A stretch of DNA of 61,293 bases, the filler included. It is 9 parts of 9 records of this genome, joined end to end, with 100 filler letters (N's around TTAATTAATTAA, not from the genome) between each part and the next. Parts side by side here need not be neighbours in the genome. Positions count along the whole stretch, not along the records: positions 19,897 to 23,735 come from SRR20825010_2036; positions 23,836 to 29,609 come from SRR20825010_2040; 7 more parts are not named here. One strand, written 5' to 3'. Positions 20,398 through 29,709 of this stretch are shown here, one piece after another. Made by a program: the position numbers and the translations under genes. The notes beneath the pieces were generated by a model that ran no database searches, was not told the origin of the DNA, and worked only from the letters and a program-made list of their open reading frames with translations. Position 1 is the stretch's first letter. The number at the start of each line of letters is the position of its first letter.

Positions 20398-21051
20398 CTA
20401 TTGAGGTAGCACGCGCTGTAGAAAGGCAAGCCCCCGGCCCAGCCCTTCCTCATCAATGCCATGCCCCAATCCGGGGCGGGACAACGATTCGACCTCGATC
20501 CCCACGGCCTGCAACGCCGCTTCGGCGGCCGGCATCGCCGCATGCGGCACGACCTCGTCCGCCAGTCCGTGGACCAGCGAGACAGGCGGTTTTCCGGCCA
20601 CTTCCCCGGCCAGCAAGCCACCAGCGACAAGCGCGCCGGAATAGCCCACCACACCGGCGGGAGCCTGTTTCAGGCGCGGCGCCAGATGCAACGACATCAT
20701 GGTGCCCTGGGAGAACCCGACCAGCGCCAGACGGTCCCAGCCAAGACCGGTGCGCTTCAATTCGGCTTCAAGAAAATTTTCCAGGATCGGGGCAGCCTGC
20801 CGCACGCCGTCAAGCATGACCTCCTCGGTCCGGACCTGCAGGCTGAACCATTGCCGGCCGTATGGCGCCATGTCGCAGGGATAGGGGGCGTTGGGGGAGA
20901 CAAACTCGACATGCGGCAGATGCGGCGCCCAGACCGGCGCGAGGCCGATCAGGTCATTGCCGTCCGCCCCGAGCCCGTGCAGCAGCACCACCAGCGCCGT
21001 CGGTGCCTCACCGCTCGCGGCTGTCATGCGCGGTCCTTCAAGTTCGATCAT
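20398..21051 (-). CDS. Phospholipase/carboxylesterase (alpha/beta hydrolase)
   Basis: LHGLGADG, GFSQG nucleophile elbow, HGLADEVVP, GLGHGI. Confidence 0.92.
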   Translation of the reverse strand: MIELEGPRMTAASGEAPTALVVLLHGLGADGNDLIGLAPVWAPHLPHVEFVSPNAPYPCDMAPYGRQWFSLQVRTEEVMLDGVRQAAPILENFLEAELKRTGLGWDRLALVGFSQGTMMSLHLAPRLKQAPAGVVGYSGALVAGGLLAGEVAGKPPVSLVHGLADEVVPHAAMPAAEAALQAVGIEVESLSRPGLGHGIDEEGLGRGLAFLQRVLPQ

Positions 21052-21138
21052 CTCCGTCTCCCATACTGTATCGCGGGAGACCGGTTTCGCTCCCTCACCT
21101 GCTACGCTACCTATATCAGGAATGGCTCTTCGCCAAGT

Positions 21139-22017
21139 TTGGAGGCACCTCTGTCCGCTTCATCCCTTCCGTCATCGCCGGCCGGAACCGTCACACGCTT
21201 CGCCCCCTCTCCGACCGGCGACCTGCATCTGGGCCACGCCTATTCGGCCCTGTTCGCGGCGGAGCAGGCAAAGCGTGACGACGGCATCTTCCTGCTGCGG
21301 ATAGAGGATATCGACATCACCCGCTGCAAGCCCGAGCATGAAGCGGCCAACCTTGAGGATCTCCGCTGGCTTGGCCTGTCCTGGCCGGAACCCGTCCGCC
21401 GCCAGTCGGAACATTTCGGATTTTACCAGGCCGCTCTCGACCGGCTGGAAGAGATGGGATTGCTCTATCGCTGCTTCCTGTCACGGCGTGAGCTGAATGA
21501 CGCGCTCGCGGCCCCCCATGGCGTGCCCCCAAAAGCGCCGGTGGATACTGACATGCTCTTGTCCGATGCGGAGCGCCAGCGAAGGCTGGATTCCGGCAAA
21601 CCCTTCGCGCTCCGTCTGCGCATGGCCCGCGCCATAGAGCGCACCGGCCCGCTGACCTGGACGGACAGGCACCGGGGCGAACATCAGGCACGCCCGGAGA
21701 TTTTCGGCGACGTGGTCCTTGCCCGGCGGGACATTCCGACGAGCTACCATCTCGCTGTGACGCTCGACGACGCGCTGCAGGGCATCACTCTGGTCACCCG
21801 GGGCGAGGACCTGCTGGATGCGACCCATATCCACCGGTTGCTGCAGGCCCTGCTCGACCTCCCCACCCCCGACTACCTGCATCACGGGTTATTGCGGGGT
21901 GAGGATGGCAAGCGACTGGCCAAGCGGGAGCAGTCCACCGCCATCCGTGACTTGCGCGCGGCCGGTCACAGCCCCGGAGACGTCCGCGCCATGGTCCGGG
22001 CCCAGAGTCCAGACTGA
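21139..22017 (+). CDS. gluQ: Glutamyl-Q tRNA(Asp) synthetase
   Basis: TRFAPSPTGDLHLGH, LRIEDID, YHLAVTLDD, RGEDL, RLAKR, with no anticodon-binding domain. Start is TTG 21139 or CTG 21151. Confidence 0.9.
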   Translation: MEAPLSASSLPSSPAGTVTRFAPSPTGDLHLGHAYSALFAAEQAKRDDGIFLLRIEDIDITRCKPEHEAANLEDLRWLGLSWPEPVRRQSEHFGFYQAALDRLEEMGLLYRCFLSRRELNDALAAPHGVPPKAPVDTDMLLSDAERQRRLDSGKPFALRLRMARAIERTGPLTWTDRHRGEHQARPEIFGDVVLARRDIPTSYHLAVTLDDALQGITLVTRGEDLLDATHIHRLLQALLDLPTPDYLHHGLLRGEDGKRLAKREQSTAIRDLRAAGHSPGDVRAMVRAQSPD

Positions 22018-22119
22018 CGCCAAACCGGAACCGCCAAATGATTGAATAGGTCACTTGTCGGCAACCTTCGCCGGGGGATTAAATTGCAACAACAAAAAAC
22101 AAACACAGAGGAGGAACAG

Positions 22120-22977
22120 ATGGCCCAGTCCAGAATGGCAGAGCATGCGCTCGACATCAGACCGATAGCCGGCGCCATGGGCGCGGAAATTCACGGCGTC
22201 GATGCATCCCGGGAACTTGATGACACGACCGTCGCAGCGCTCCGCAAGGCTCTGCTCGACCATCTCGTGGTCTTCCTGCCCAACCAGACATTGACCCCGG
22301 AACAGCAACTCCGCTTCGCCCGCCGGTTCGGCGAGCCGATGATCTATCCCTTCGTAAAGGGCCTCGACGGTTTGCCCGAAGTGACCCCGATCCTGAAAAA
22401 GGAAGAGGACCGCAACAATTTCGGCGGCATCTGGCATTCCGATACGGTTTATCAGGACGAGCCGCCCATGGGCACAATGCTTTATGCGCTGGAATTGCCG
22501 CCGTTTGGCGGGGACACGCTCTTCGCCAACCAGTATCTCGCCTATGACAGTCTGTCCGACGGCATGAAGGCGCTCCTCGCGCCCCTTAAGGCCATCAATA
22601 TTTCAGGCAAGGGCCGGGTCCAGCAGACCAGGACCGACATGATGAAACATGCCTCGGCCGGACTGAAGGGTGATGAGCTCGAATCCTGTCACCCGGTGAT
22701 CCGCACGCACCCCGAAACCGGCCGGAAAGCACTCTACGTGAATGTCGCGCATACGGTCCGGTTCGACGGCATGACCGAAGAGGAAAGCACCCCCATTCTG
22801 GAATACCTGTTCGACCACCAGATTCAGCCCGAATTCACCTGCCGGTTCCGCTGGTCACAGGGCGCTGTCGCCTTCTGGGACAACCGTGCGGCGATGCATT
22901 ATCCGATCAATGATTATCATGGATATAGGCGCCTGATGCACCGGATCACACTCACTGGCGACCGACCATTCCAATAA
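22120..22977 (+). CDS. TauD/TfdA-family 2-oxoglutarate-dependent dioxygenase
   Basis: WHSD, GGDTLFA, HPVIRTHPETGRKALYVN, WDNRAAMH, MHR. GAGGA SD upstream. Confidence 0.93.
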   Translation: MAQSRMAEHALDIRPIAGAMGAEIHGVDASRELDDTTVAALRKALLDHLVVFLPNQTLTPEQQLRFARRFGEPMIYPFVKGLDGLPEVTPILKKEEDRNNFGGIWHSDTVYQDEPPMGTMLYALELPPFGGDTLFANQYLAYDSLSDGMKALLAPLKAINISGKGRVQQTRTDMMKHASAGLKGDELESCHPVIRTHPETGRKALYVNVAHTVRFDGMTEEESTPILEYLFDHQIQPEFTCRFRWSQGAVAFWDNRAAMHYPINDYHGYRRLMHRITLTGDRPFQ

Positions 22978-23129
22978 AGCAATAGCTTACGGAAACGGCC
23001 CCTCAAACTAGATACAATTTCACTAAATACACCACTAAATCATGTGGCGCCTGCTCTCGATTGCACTTAGTCTTGTGAAGTGGCGGCGAAGAATATAGCC
23101 GTCGGCACCATGCTCAAAAGGGGGAGGGC

Positions 23130-23735
23130 ATGGCCGACTTTGTTCAGATAGATCAAACGGGAACGACCACATTGCCTCATCCAACCCTCCGGGGCCTAGG
23201 GGATTTGGAAAAGGATTCCGAGCAGCCGTTCGCGACCTCCGCGAGCGGCATCAGCCAGAGTGACCTGCCGATTCCGATCGATGCAGTGCCGGATCCGCTT
23301 GTCGTTTTCGATGCCGAGGGCATCATTCGCGGGGCGAACAGGCTGCTGACCCAACTGCTCGGCTACAATGACAGCGCCCTCATCGGACAACCGGTGGAAA
23401 CGCTTTATCCGGACGCCGACCGGGCCGCACACAGGTCGGTCCGTCAAACCTTCCTTTCCCGCGCCTCGGACCCGATGCCAACCATGCATCGCGAGGTCTT
23501 CGCCCGACGGCGCAACGGCACCCTGATCCCCATTGAGCTGTCGATGATGCTGGTTCCAACGGCCGTCGGTGTGATGTTCACCGCAAGCATGCGGGACAGC
23601 TCACGCCATGTCGAAATCGAGAAAGCCCTGACCGAAGCAGCGGACGAGGCAGATGCAGCCAATGTCGCCAAGAGCCGCTTCCTCGGCACCATGAGCCACG
23701 AGTTGCGCACACCGCTGAACGCGATCATCGGGTTT
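23130..23735 (+). CDS. PAS-domain sensor histidine kinase, 3'-truncated
   Basis: PAS fold (DAVPDPLVVFDAEG...ARRRNGTLIPIELS) and H-box AKSRFLGTMSHELRTPLNAIIGF. Confidence 0.9.
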
Positions 23736-23835
23736 NNNNNNNNNNNNNNNNNNNNNNNNNNNNNNNNNNNNNNNNNNNNTTAATTAATTAANNNNNNNNN
23801 NNNNNNNNNNNNNNNNNNNNNNNNNNNNNNNNNNN
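23736..23835. other. Artificial contig-joining spacer
   Basis: N44-TTAATTAATTAA-N44. Confidence 0.99.
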
Positions 23836-23877
23836 TGGAAGGGAACTCCTACAGCGGCTTCGTAGCTGGCCACTGAC

Positions 23878-25170
23878 TCAATCCGACAGCCAGCTCACCT
23901 TGCCCTGGCACACCGTCAGTTTCACGCTGCCCTTGAGCTGGGCATGGCGCCAGGGGGAGTTGTTGCCTGCGGACAGCCAGTCTTCGCGGAGGTCTTTGAC
24001 GCCCACCGGGTCCAGCACACAGAGGCTGGCTGGACGACCGGTTTCCAGCTGGCCGGCCTGAATTCCAAGGCAACGGGCCGGAGCCGCGGTGACCGCATCC
24101 AGGGCACGCAGCAGGTCCAGCTTGCCGTCATCCACCAGCTGTAAAACCAGCGAGAGCAATACATCCACCCCAGCCATGCCCGGCTTGGTGGCCGGGAACG
24201 GGGCCGCCTTGCTGGAAGAGCCAATGGGGGTATGCTGAGAACAGATAGCATCGATGGTGCCATCGGCCACCGCTTCCAGCAGTGCCTCCCGATCCTCGGC
24301 GCTACGCAGCGGGGGAATCACGTGGCAATGGCTGTTGAAGCCTTCCAAGGCCGACTCGTCCAGCAGCAGGTGCTGAATACTTACATCTGCCGTCACTGGC
24401 AGGCCTCGCCGTTTGGCGGCCCGCAGCAGGCGCAGGGAATCGCGACTGGAGATCTGCTGGAAATGCGCCCGCACCCCGGTGGCTTCCACCAGCAGCAGAT
24501 CGCGGGACAGGTCCACACTTTCCGCCACGGCGGGAATACCGGGCAAACCGAGACGGGTCGCCACCGGCCCCTCATGGGCACAGCCACCCACACTAAGCGC
24601 CGAATCCTGCGGACGAAACATGACCGGCAAATCGAAGGTGGCGGCGTATTCCAGGCTGCGTTTGAGCACCAGCGCATTGGCCACCTTGCCGCCGGCATTG
24701 CCCACGGCAATACAACCGGCCCGCGCCAGAGTCGACATCTCTGCCAGCTGTTCGCCCAGCAGTCCCTGCGTCATGGCGGCAATGGGCATGATACGGGCAA
24801 ACCCGGCCTGACCGGCCTGTTCACGGATCAACCGCACCACGGCGGTGGAATCCACCGGGCCGCAGTCCGGCTGAGCCGCCAGGTGGGTGATGCCACCGGC
24901 CGCCGCGGCGCGGGTTTCACTGGCGATATCGCCGGTGCGACCACTGCCCGGCAACGACAGGTGCACACAGGCATCCACCAGGCCAGGCAGCACCCAGTGC
25001 CCCTCGGCCTCTACAATATCCGCCCCCGGTGCATCCAGACTGGCGCCGATACGCGTCAGGCGGCCATTTTCAATCAACAGGTCGGCCACGTCATCACGGC
25101 CACTGGCCGGGTCGATGACACGGCCCTTGCGGATCAGGATATGGGCGCGGTTACGGTTAGCGCTGGCCAC
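23878..25170 (-). CDS. pyrC': Dihydroorotase-like protein, inactive PyrC' (ATCase structural chain)
   Basis: Amidohydrolase fold with DACVH in place of DxHxH and SQHTP in place of TDHAP. GTG start with GGAGG SD overlaps the pyrB end. Confidence 0.88.
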   Translation of the reverse strand: MASANRNRAHILIRKGRVIDPASGRDDVADLLIENGRLTRIGASLDAPGADIVEAEGHWVLPGLVDACVHLSLPGSGRTGDIASETRAAAAGGITHLAAQPDCGPVDSTAVVRLIREQAGQAGFARIMPIAAMTQGLLGEQLAEMSTLARAGCIAVGNAGGKVANALVLKRSLEYAATFDLPVMFRPQDSALSVGGCAHEGPVATRLGLPGIPAVAESVDLSRDLLLVEATGVRAHFQQISSRDSLRLLRAAKRRGLPVTADVSIQHLLLDESALEGFNSHCHVIPPLRSAEDREALLEAVADGTIDAICSQHTPIGSSSKAAPFPATKPGMAGVDVLLSLVLQLVDDGKLDLLRALDAVTAAPARCLGIQAGQLETGRPASLCVLDPVGVKDLREDWLSAGNNSPWRHAQLKGSVKLTVCQGKVSWLSD

Positions 25171-26200
25171 GGGCACCTCCTGCTCCTTCCATGTTTTCTG
25201 CGGAGGCGGCCAAGGCATTGCTGTCGCTGTCCTGGCCGCTGATGGCCATGGACATGACGGCCATGCGCACGGCGATGCCGAAGGTCACCTGATTGAGAAT
25301 CACGGAACGGGGACCATCCGCCACTTCCGAGGCGATTTCCACGCCCCGATTGATCGGCCCGGGATGCATCACAATGGCATCACCCTTGGCGAACTGAAGC
25401 TTGTCGTTGTTCAGCCCATAGAGGCGGAAGAACTCGCCTTCGCTGGGCAACAGGGCGGAATCCATACGTTCTTTCTGCAAACGCAGCATGATCACCACGT
25501 CCACGTCTTTCAGGCCCTGAGCCATGTCCGTGAACACGGTGGCGCCCAGCGCTTCCGCATCCACCGGCAGCAGCGTCTTGGGGCCGATCAGGCGCACTTC
25601 CTCTGCGCCGAGAATATTCAATGCGTGAACCTGTGAGCGGGCCACCCGGGAATGCAGGATGTCGCCGACAATGGCCACTTTCAGCCCGGCAAACCCGCCC
25701 TTGTAGTGGCGGATGGTATACATGTCGAGCATGGCCTGGGTCGGATGGGCATGGCGCCCGTCACCGGCATTGATTACCGCCACGCTGGGCGTCACTTCGT
25801 TGGCTATAAAGAACGGCGCGCCGGAATCCTGGTGGCGCACCACGAACATGTCCGCCGCCATGGCTTCCAGGTTGCGCAGGGTATCGAGCAGGGTTTCGCC
25901 CTTGCTGGTGGCGGACTTGGCGATATCCAGGTTGAGCACGTCGGCGCTCAGCCGCTGGGCCGCCAGCTCAAAGGTGCTGCGGGTGCGGGTACTGGACTCA
26001 AAAAACAGGTTCACCACGGTCTTGCCGCGCAACAGGGGGACCTTCTTGATCGCCCGACCGCCCACATCCACAAAGCTGGCTGCGGTATCGAGAATATCTT
26101 CCAGCAAGGAACGGGGAAGGTGCTCAGTGGTGAGGAAATGGCGAAGCTTACCGTCGTCGGTAAGTTGTACTCGGGAGGATGGCGCAAGCGTCGGCGTCAT
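25157..26200 (-). CDS. pyrB: Aspartate carbamoyltransferase catalytic subunit
   Basis: [47 protein letters not shown]. Confidence 0.97.
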   Translation of the reverse strand: MTPTLAPSSRVQLTDDGKLRHFLTTEHLPRSLLEDILDTAASFVDVGGRAIKKVPLLRGKTVVNLFFESSTRTRSTFELAAQRLSADVLNLDIAKSATSKGETLLDTLRNLEAMAADMFVVRHQDSGAPFFIANEVTPSVAVINAGDGRHAHPTQAMLDMYTIRHYKGGFAGLKVAIVGDILHSRVARSQVHALNILGAEEVRLIGPKTLLPVDAEALGATVFTDMAQGLKDVDVVIMLRLQKERMDSALLPSEGEFFRLYGLNNDKLQFAKGDAIVMHPGPINRGVEIASEVADGPRSVILNQVTFGIAVRMAVMSMAISGQDSDSNALAASAENMEGAGGARGQR

Positions 26201-26202
26201 TC

Positions 26203-26730
26203 TTATGACCTTGTCTCTGTGTCGTCCTCAACCACCAGATTGCGAATCTCGGCAATCAACGGAGAGGGCCCCCGTAATTCTACCCGTTGATGGGGTGGCA
26301 ATGCCAAAGTTTCCCCGCAAATATCGGCACGAATTGGCAATTGCCGATGGCCGATGTCGAACAGCACCACCAGGGAGATGGACGCCGGACGACCAAAATC
26401 AAACAACTCGTTCATGGCCGCGCGAATGGTACGCCCGGTCATCAACACATCATCCACCAACAAGATATGCTGGCCATCCACATCAAACGGCAGCTTGGAT
26501 GGCGTCACCGTGGGCTTGAGACCACGGGTATCGAAGTCGTCCCGGTAGAACGCCGGATTCAACGACCCCAGCGGCAACGCCGTGGGCAAACGCTCATTAA
26601 GTGCCTGCGCCACCCAGACGCCCCCGGATTCAATCCCCACCAGCAACGGTGACTTGTCCGCAAAGCGCTCATTGATGGCCGCCGCCATGGCATCCAGGTG
26701 TGTCTGCAATTGTTGCTCGTCCCAGCTCAA
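26203..26730 (-). CDS. pyrR: Bifunctional pyr regulator / uracil phosphoribosyltransferase
   Basis: [30 protein letters not shown]. Start uncertain (TTG 26730 or ATG 26751). Confidence 0.92.
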   Translation of the reverse strand: MSWDEQQLQTHLDAMAAAINERFADKSPLLVGIESGGVWVAQALNERLPTALPLGSLNPAFYRDDFDTRGLKPTVTPSKLPFDVDGQHILLVDDVLMTGRTIRAAMNELFDFGRPASISLVVLFDIGHRQLPIRADICGETLALPPHQRVELRGPSPLIAEIRNLVVEDDTETRS

Positions 26731-26989
26731 GGCCGCTCTCCCACAATCCATAAGGCATATCCAGAGCGGTAAGAGTAGCAGAAGGCCGGGCTGCTGAGGC
26801 AATCAACGGAACAGCTGATCAAACCGTTCAGTTTTTTGCGCTGTGTCCCGGCCTGAAATACCGACAAGCTGGTCGCTTACGCATAACGCCTGTAAGTTTT
26901 GTATAGGCCGGAACCTGACGCGCTGTGCGGACTCTGAACAAGAAGGGATCACCCGGCAACACGGGCAGCAACACCGGAAGGGAACCATC

Positions 26990-27583
26990 ATGAAACTGCG
27001 CAACGACCCGCAACGCTTTGGCGCTATTGCGCTATTATTCCACTGGCTGGTGGCATTGGCGGTGATCGGCCTGTTTGCGCTGGGCTTTTATATGGTGGAC
27101 CTGGGCTATTACGACCCCTGGTATCGCGAAGGCCCGGATCTGCATCGCAGCATCGGCATACTGCTGTTTATCGCCATGCTGCTGCGACTGGCCTGGCGCT
27201 TTATTTCACCGCCGCCGGCACCGCTGCCCACCCACAAACCCTGGGAAAGAATCAGCGCCCATCTCACTCACTGGGCGCTGTACCTGCTGCTATTTGTAGC
27301 CATGATCAGCGGCTACCTGATCAGCAGTGCCGATGGCTCTTCCGTGGATGTGTTCAACTGGTTCGCCGTTCCCTCGGTGAGCGGCCACCAGACCGGCCTG
27401 GAAGACACCGCCGGGCTGATTCATTACTGGGCCACCTGGGCCGTCATCGGCCTGGCCGGCCTGCACGCGCTGGCCGCCGTCAAACATCATCTTTTTGATC
27501 GCGACGACACCTTACGCCGCATTCTTGGCCTGGCGCCACGAGCCACAACGCACATCCCAAACGACACTCACAACCTATCTTAA
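26990..27583 (+). CDS. yceJ: Cytochrome b561 (YceJ-like)
   Basis: FHWLVA, LHRSIG, THWALY...[17 protein letters not shown] heme-ligand histidines in four TM helices. Confidence 0.9.
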   Translation: MKLRNDPQRFGAIALLFHWLVALAVIGLFALGFYMVDLGYYDPWYREGPDLHRSIGILLFIAMLLRLAWRFISPPPAPLPTHKPWERISAHLTHWALYLLLFVAMISGYLISSADGSSVDVFNWFAVPSVSGHQTGLEDTAGLIHYWATWAVIGLAGLHALAAVKHHLFDRDDTLRRILGLAPRATTHIPNDTHNLS

Positions 27584-27602
27584 TCACCTGAAACGGAGTT
27601 TG

Positions 27603-28199
27603 ATGCTTATGTCGACGTTATTGAAAAAAATTACGATCCCCGCCCTGGCGCTGCTGCTCAGTAGCATGGCGTTCGCCGACCAGCCCGGAGGCACTTATCA
27701 GTTCGACAAAAAAGGCGCCCACCAGTTTGTCACCTTCAAAATTTCTCATCTGGGTTACAGCTGGCTGTATGGTCGCTTCAATGATTTCAACGGCACCTTC
27801 ACCGTGGATGCTGAAAACCCGGAGAACAGCCAGGTAACTGCGACCATCCAGACGGCCAGCGTAGACTCCAACCACGCTGAACGTGACAAGCACCTGCGCG
27901 GTGATGATTTTCTGGACGTGGACGAATACCCAACGGCCACCTTCAAGAGCACCAGCATTGAAAAAACCGGCGAGAAAACCGCAAAAATCACCGGCGACTT
28001 CACCCTCCATGGCGTGACCAAACCGGTAACACTGGATGCCAAACTGATCGGTTACGGCGATGATCCCTGGGGCGGCTACCGCATGGGCCTGGAAGCCAGC
28101 ACAACACTGACACTGGCAGACTTCGGCATCACCAAGAATTTGGGGCCGGCATCAGAAACCGTGGAAATTATTATTTCTGTGGAAGGGATCAAGCAGTAA
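27603..28199 (+). CDS. yceI: YceI-family periplasmic polyisoprenoid-binding protein
   Basis: Signal peptide, [40 protein letters not shown]. Confidence 0.93.
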   Translation: MLMSTLLKKITIPALALLLSSMAFADQPGGTYQFDKKGAHQFVTFKISHLGYSWLYGRFNDFNGTFTVDAENPENSQVTATIQTASVDSNHAERDKHLRGDDFLDVDEYPTATFKSTSIEKTGEKTAKITGDFTLHGVTKPVTLDAKLIGYGDDPWGGYRMGLEASTTLTLADFGITKNLGPASETVEIIISVEGIKQ

Positions 28200-28214
28200 G
28201 CTCTGCTGGTTTTC

Positions 28215-28328
28215 GCAGGTCGGATTAGCCACAGGCGTAATCCGACCTCCACACTTTTACGCAAGAAGAAAAGAGGATGCCAGGTTACGCCTACGGCTCT
28301 TTGTGCCAGCCGGGTGGACCTGACCTAC
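28215..28328. repeat. Inverted REP doublet (GTAG type) between convergent yceI and ruvX
   Basis: GCAGGTCGGATTAGCCACAGGCGTAATCCGACCT, followed by an inverted, interrupted copy CAGGTTACGCCTACGGCT...ACCTGACCTAC. Confidence 0.7.
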
Positions 28329-28341
28329 CTTTTACCCTCCA

Positions 28342-28746
28342 TTAGCCAATGGCCTCGGCATCACCCGCAAAAAAACCTTCGGCAATAATCACCGCCGCCA
28401 TGGAATCCACCCGGCTATCGGCTTTCTGAATGCCGGTACGCTCACGGGCTTCGCGGGTACTCAAACGCTCATCCACCAGCCACACTTTTTTTCCAAATCG
28501 GCCATGCAGACGATTGGCAAATTTACGCGCGCGGGCGGTGGACTCGCTATCGCTGCCATCCATGTTCAACGGCAAGCCGACAACCAGAGCTTCCGGTTCC
28601 CACTCTTTCAAAAGCGCAGCGATATCATCCCAGTTGGGTTGGGTATTCTTGCAGGGCAGGGCCTTCAAGGGCGTGGCGGTGCCCAGCAGCTCGTTGCCAC
28701 TGGCCACACCGATTTTTTGTGTACCGTAGTCAAAGGCAAGAATCAT
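28342..28746 (-). CDS. ruvX: Holliday junction resolvase-like / pre-16S rRNA nuclease YqgF
   Basis: LAFDYGTQKIGVA, VVGLPLNMDG, VDERLST, VDSMAA. Confidence 0.95.
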   Translation of the reverse strand: MILAFDYGTQKIGVASGNELLGTATPLKALPCKNTQPNWDDIAALLKEWEPEALVVGLPLNMDGSDSESTARARKFANRLHGRFGKKVWLVDERLSTREARERTGIQKADSRVDSMAAVIIAEGFFAGDAEAIG

Positions 28747-28756
28747 AGAGGCAAAA

Positions 28757-28914
28757 AATAGTTAATAATGAATAGTTAATAGTTGCGCGATCTCGTTGCT
28801 CTGATTTTGCAAGGTTCGTCGCCGCGCCCGGTGTTGCGACCGCGGCTTCTAACCTTGCAAGAACAAGAACTTCAACCGCGCCGCTATTAATTATTAACTA
28901 TTCATTATTAATTG
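28757..28914. repeat. About 155-bp nested inverted-repeat element with AT-rich heptamer arms
   Basis: Perfect 20-bp IR (28762-28781 / 28892-28911), inner 10-bp IR (28807-28816 / 28851-28860) and 6-bp IR (28821-28826 / 28841-28846). Confidence 0.8.
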
Positions 28915-28918
28915 CCTT

Positions 28919-29479
28919 TCAGCTGTGCCCCGCCTGCGTGGCAATCAAGCTCATGTCCACGCCAATGCGCGCGGCGGCAGCATGCCAGGTTTGCTCAAAG
29001 GGTGTATCAAGCACCAGCTCGCGGCTGGCAGGGGTGCTGAGCCAGGCGTTATCCACCAGCTCCTGCTCCAACTGCCCGGCATCCCAGCCCGCGTAGCCCA
29101 GACAGATCAGGGACTGCTCCGGGCCTTCACCAATGGCGATGGCTTCGAGAATGTCACGGCTGGTGGTCAGGATCAGTCCATCACTGAGGACGGTGCTGGC
29201 GTGCCAGCGGGTGGCGGCACTGTGCAGCACAAAGCCGGCTTCCTGCTGGATCGGCCCACCCGCCACCACCCGGTGCCGCTCGGACGGCGGTACTTCGATT
29301 TCAATATCCATGTCGCTGAGGATATCGCCAAGGCTGATCTGCACCGGGCGGTTGAGGGTAAGACCCATGGCCCCCTCGCTGCTGTGCTCAACGATATAGG
29401 TAACGGAATGTTCAAAGTCCGGGTCGGCCATTTGCGGCATGGCCACCAGCAACTGGTGTTTCAAAGGTGTGTTTTCCAT
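28919..29479 (-). CDS. yqgE: YqgE/AlgH family protein (UPF0301)
   Basis: LLVAMPQMADPDFEHSV, GAMGLTLNRP, GGP, LGYAGWDAGQLEQE, NAWL, QAGH. Confidence 0.95.
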   Translation of the reverse strand: MENTPLKHQLLVAMPQMADPDFEHSVTYIVEHSSEGAMGLTLNRPVQISLGDILSDMDIEIEVPPSERHRVVAGGPIQQEAGFVLHSAATRWHASTVLSDGLILTTSRDILEAIAIGEGPEQSLICLGYAGWDAGQLEQELVDNAWLSTPASRELVLDTPFEQTWHAAAARIGVDMSLIATQAGHS

Positions 29480-29609
29480 GGGGGTAGTATCCGGGGGCGG
29501 CGGGGGAGCTGCAAGCAGTGACGTCCCTACAAGGCTGCTGTAGAAACGAAGCGTAGCGAAGTAACGCACGTAGTGCGGTCCGCAGGGTGAGCGCAGCGAA
29601 TAATTCCCT

Positions 29610-29709
29610 NNNNNNNNNNNNNNNNNNNNNNNNNNNNNNNNNNNNNNNNNNNNTTAATTAATTAANNNNNNNNNNNNNNNNNNNNNNNNNNNNNNNNNNN
29701 NNNNNNNNN
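29610..29709. other. Artificial contig-joining spacer
   Basis: N44-TTAATTAATTAA-N44. Confidence 0.99.

Noticed and set aside
20461..21138. Long N-terminal extension on GluQ (518-aa ORF)
   Set aside because: It is antisense to the esterase gene, and homology starts only near 21190.
6251..22017. Apparent queuosine cluster (queF, queE, gluQ) or a 7-deazaguanine DNA-modification island with an HNH nuclease
   Set aside because: The genes are on different contigs from different phyla, and no dpdA/tgt-like gene is present.
28757..28914. CRISPR array or small ORF in the AT-rich repeat
   Set aside because: The repeats are inverted heptamer arms without a repeat-spacer period, and no cas genes are present.
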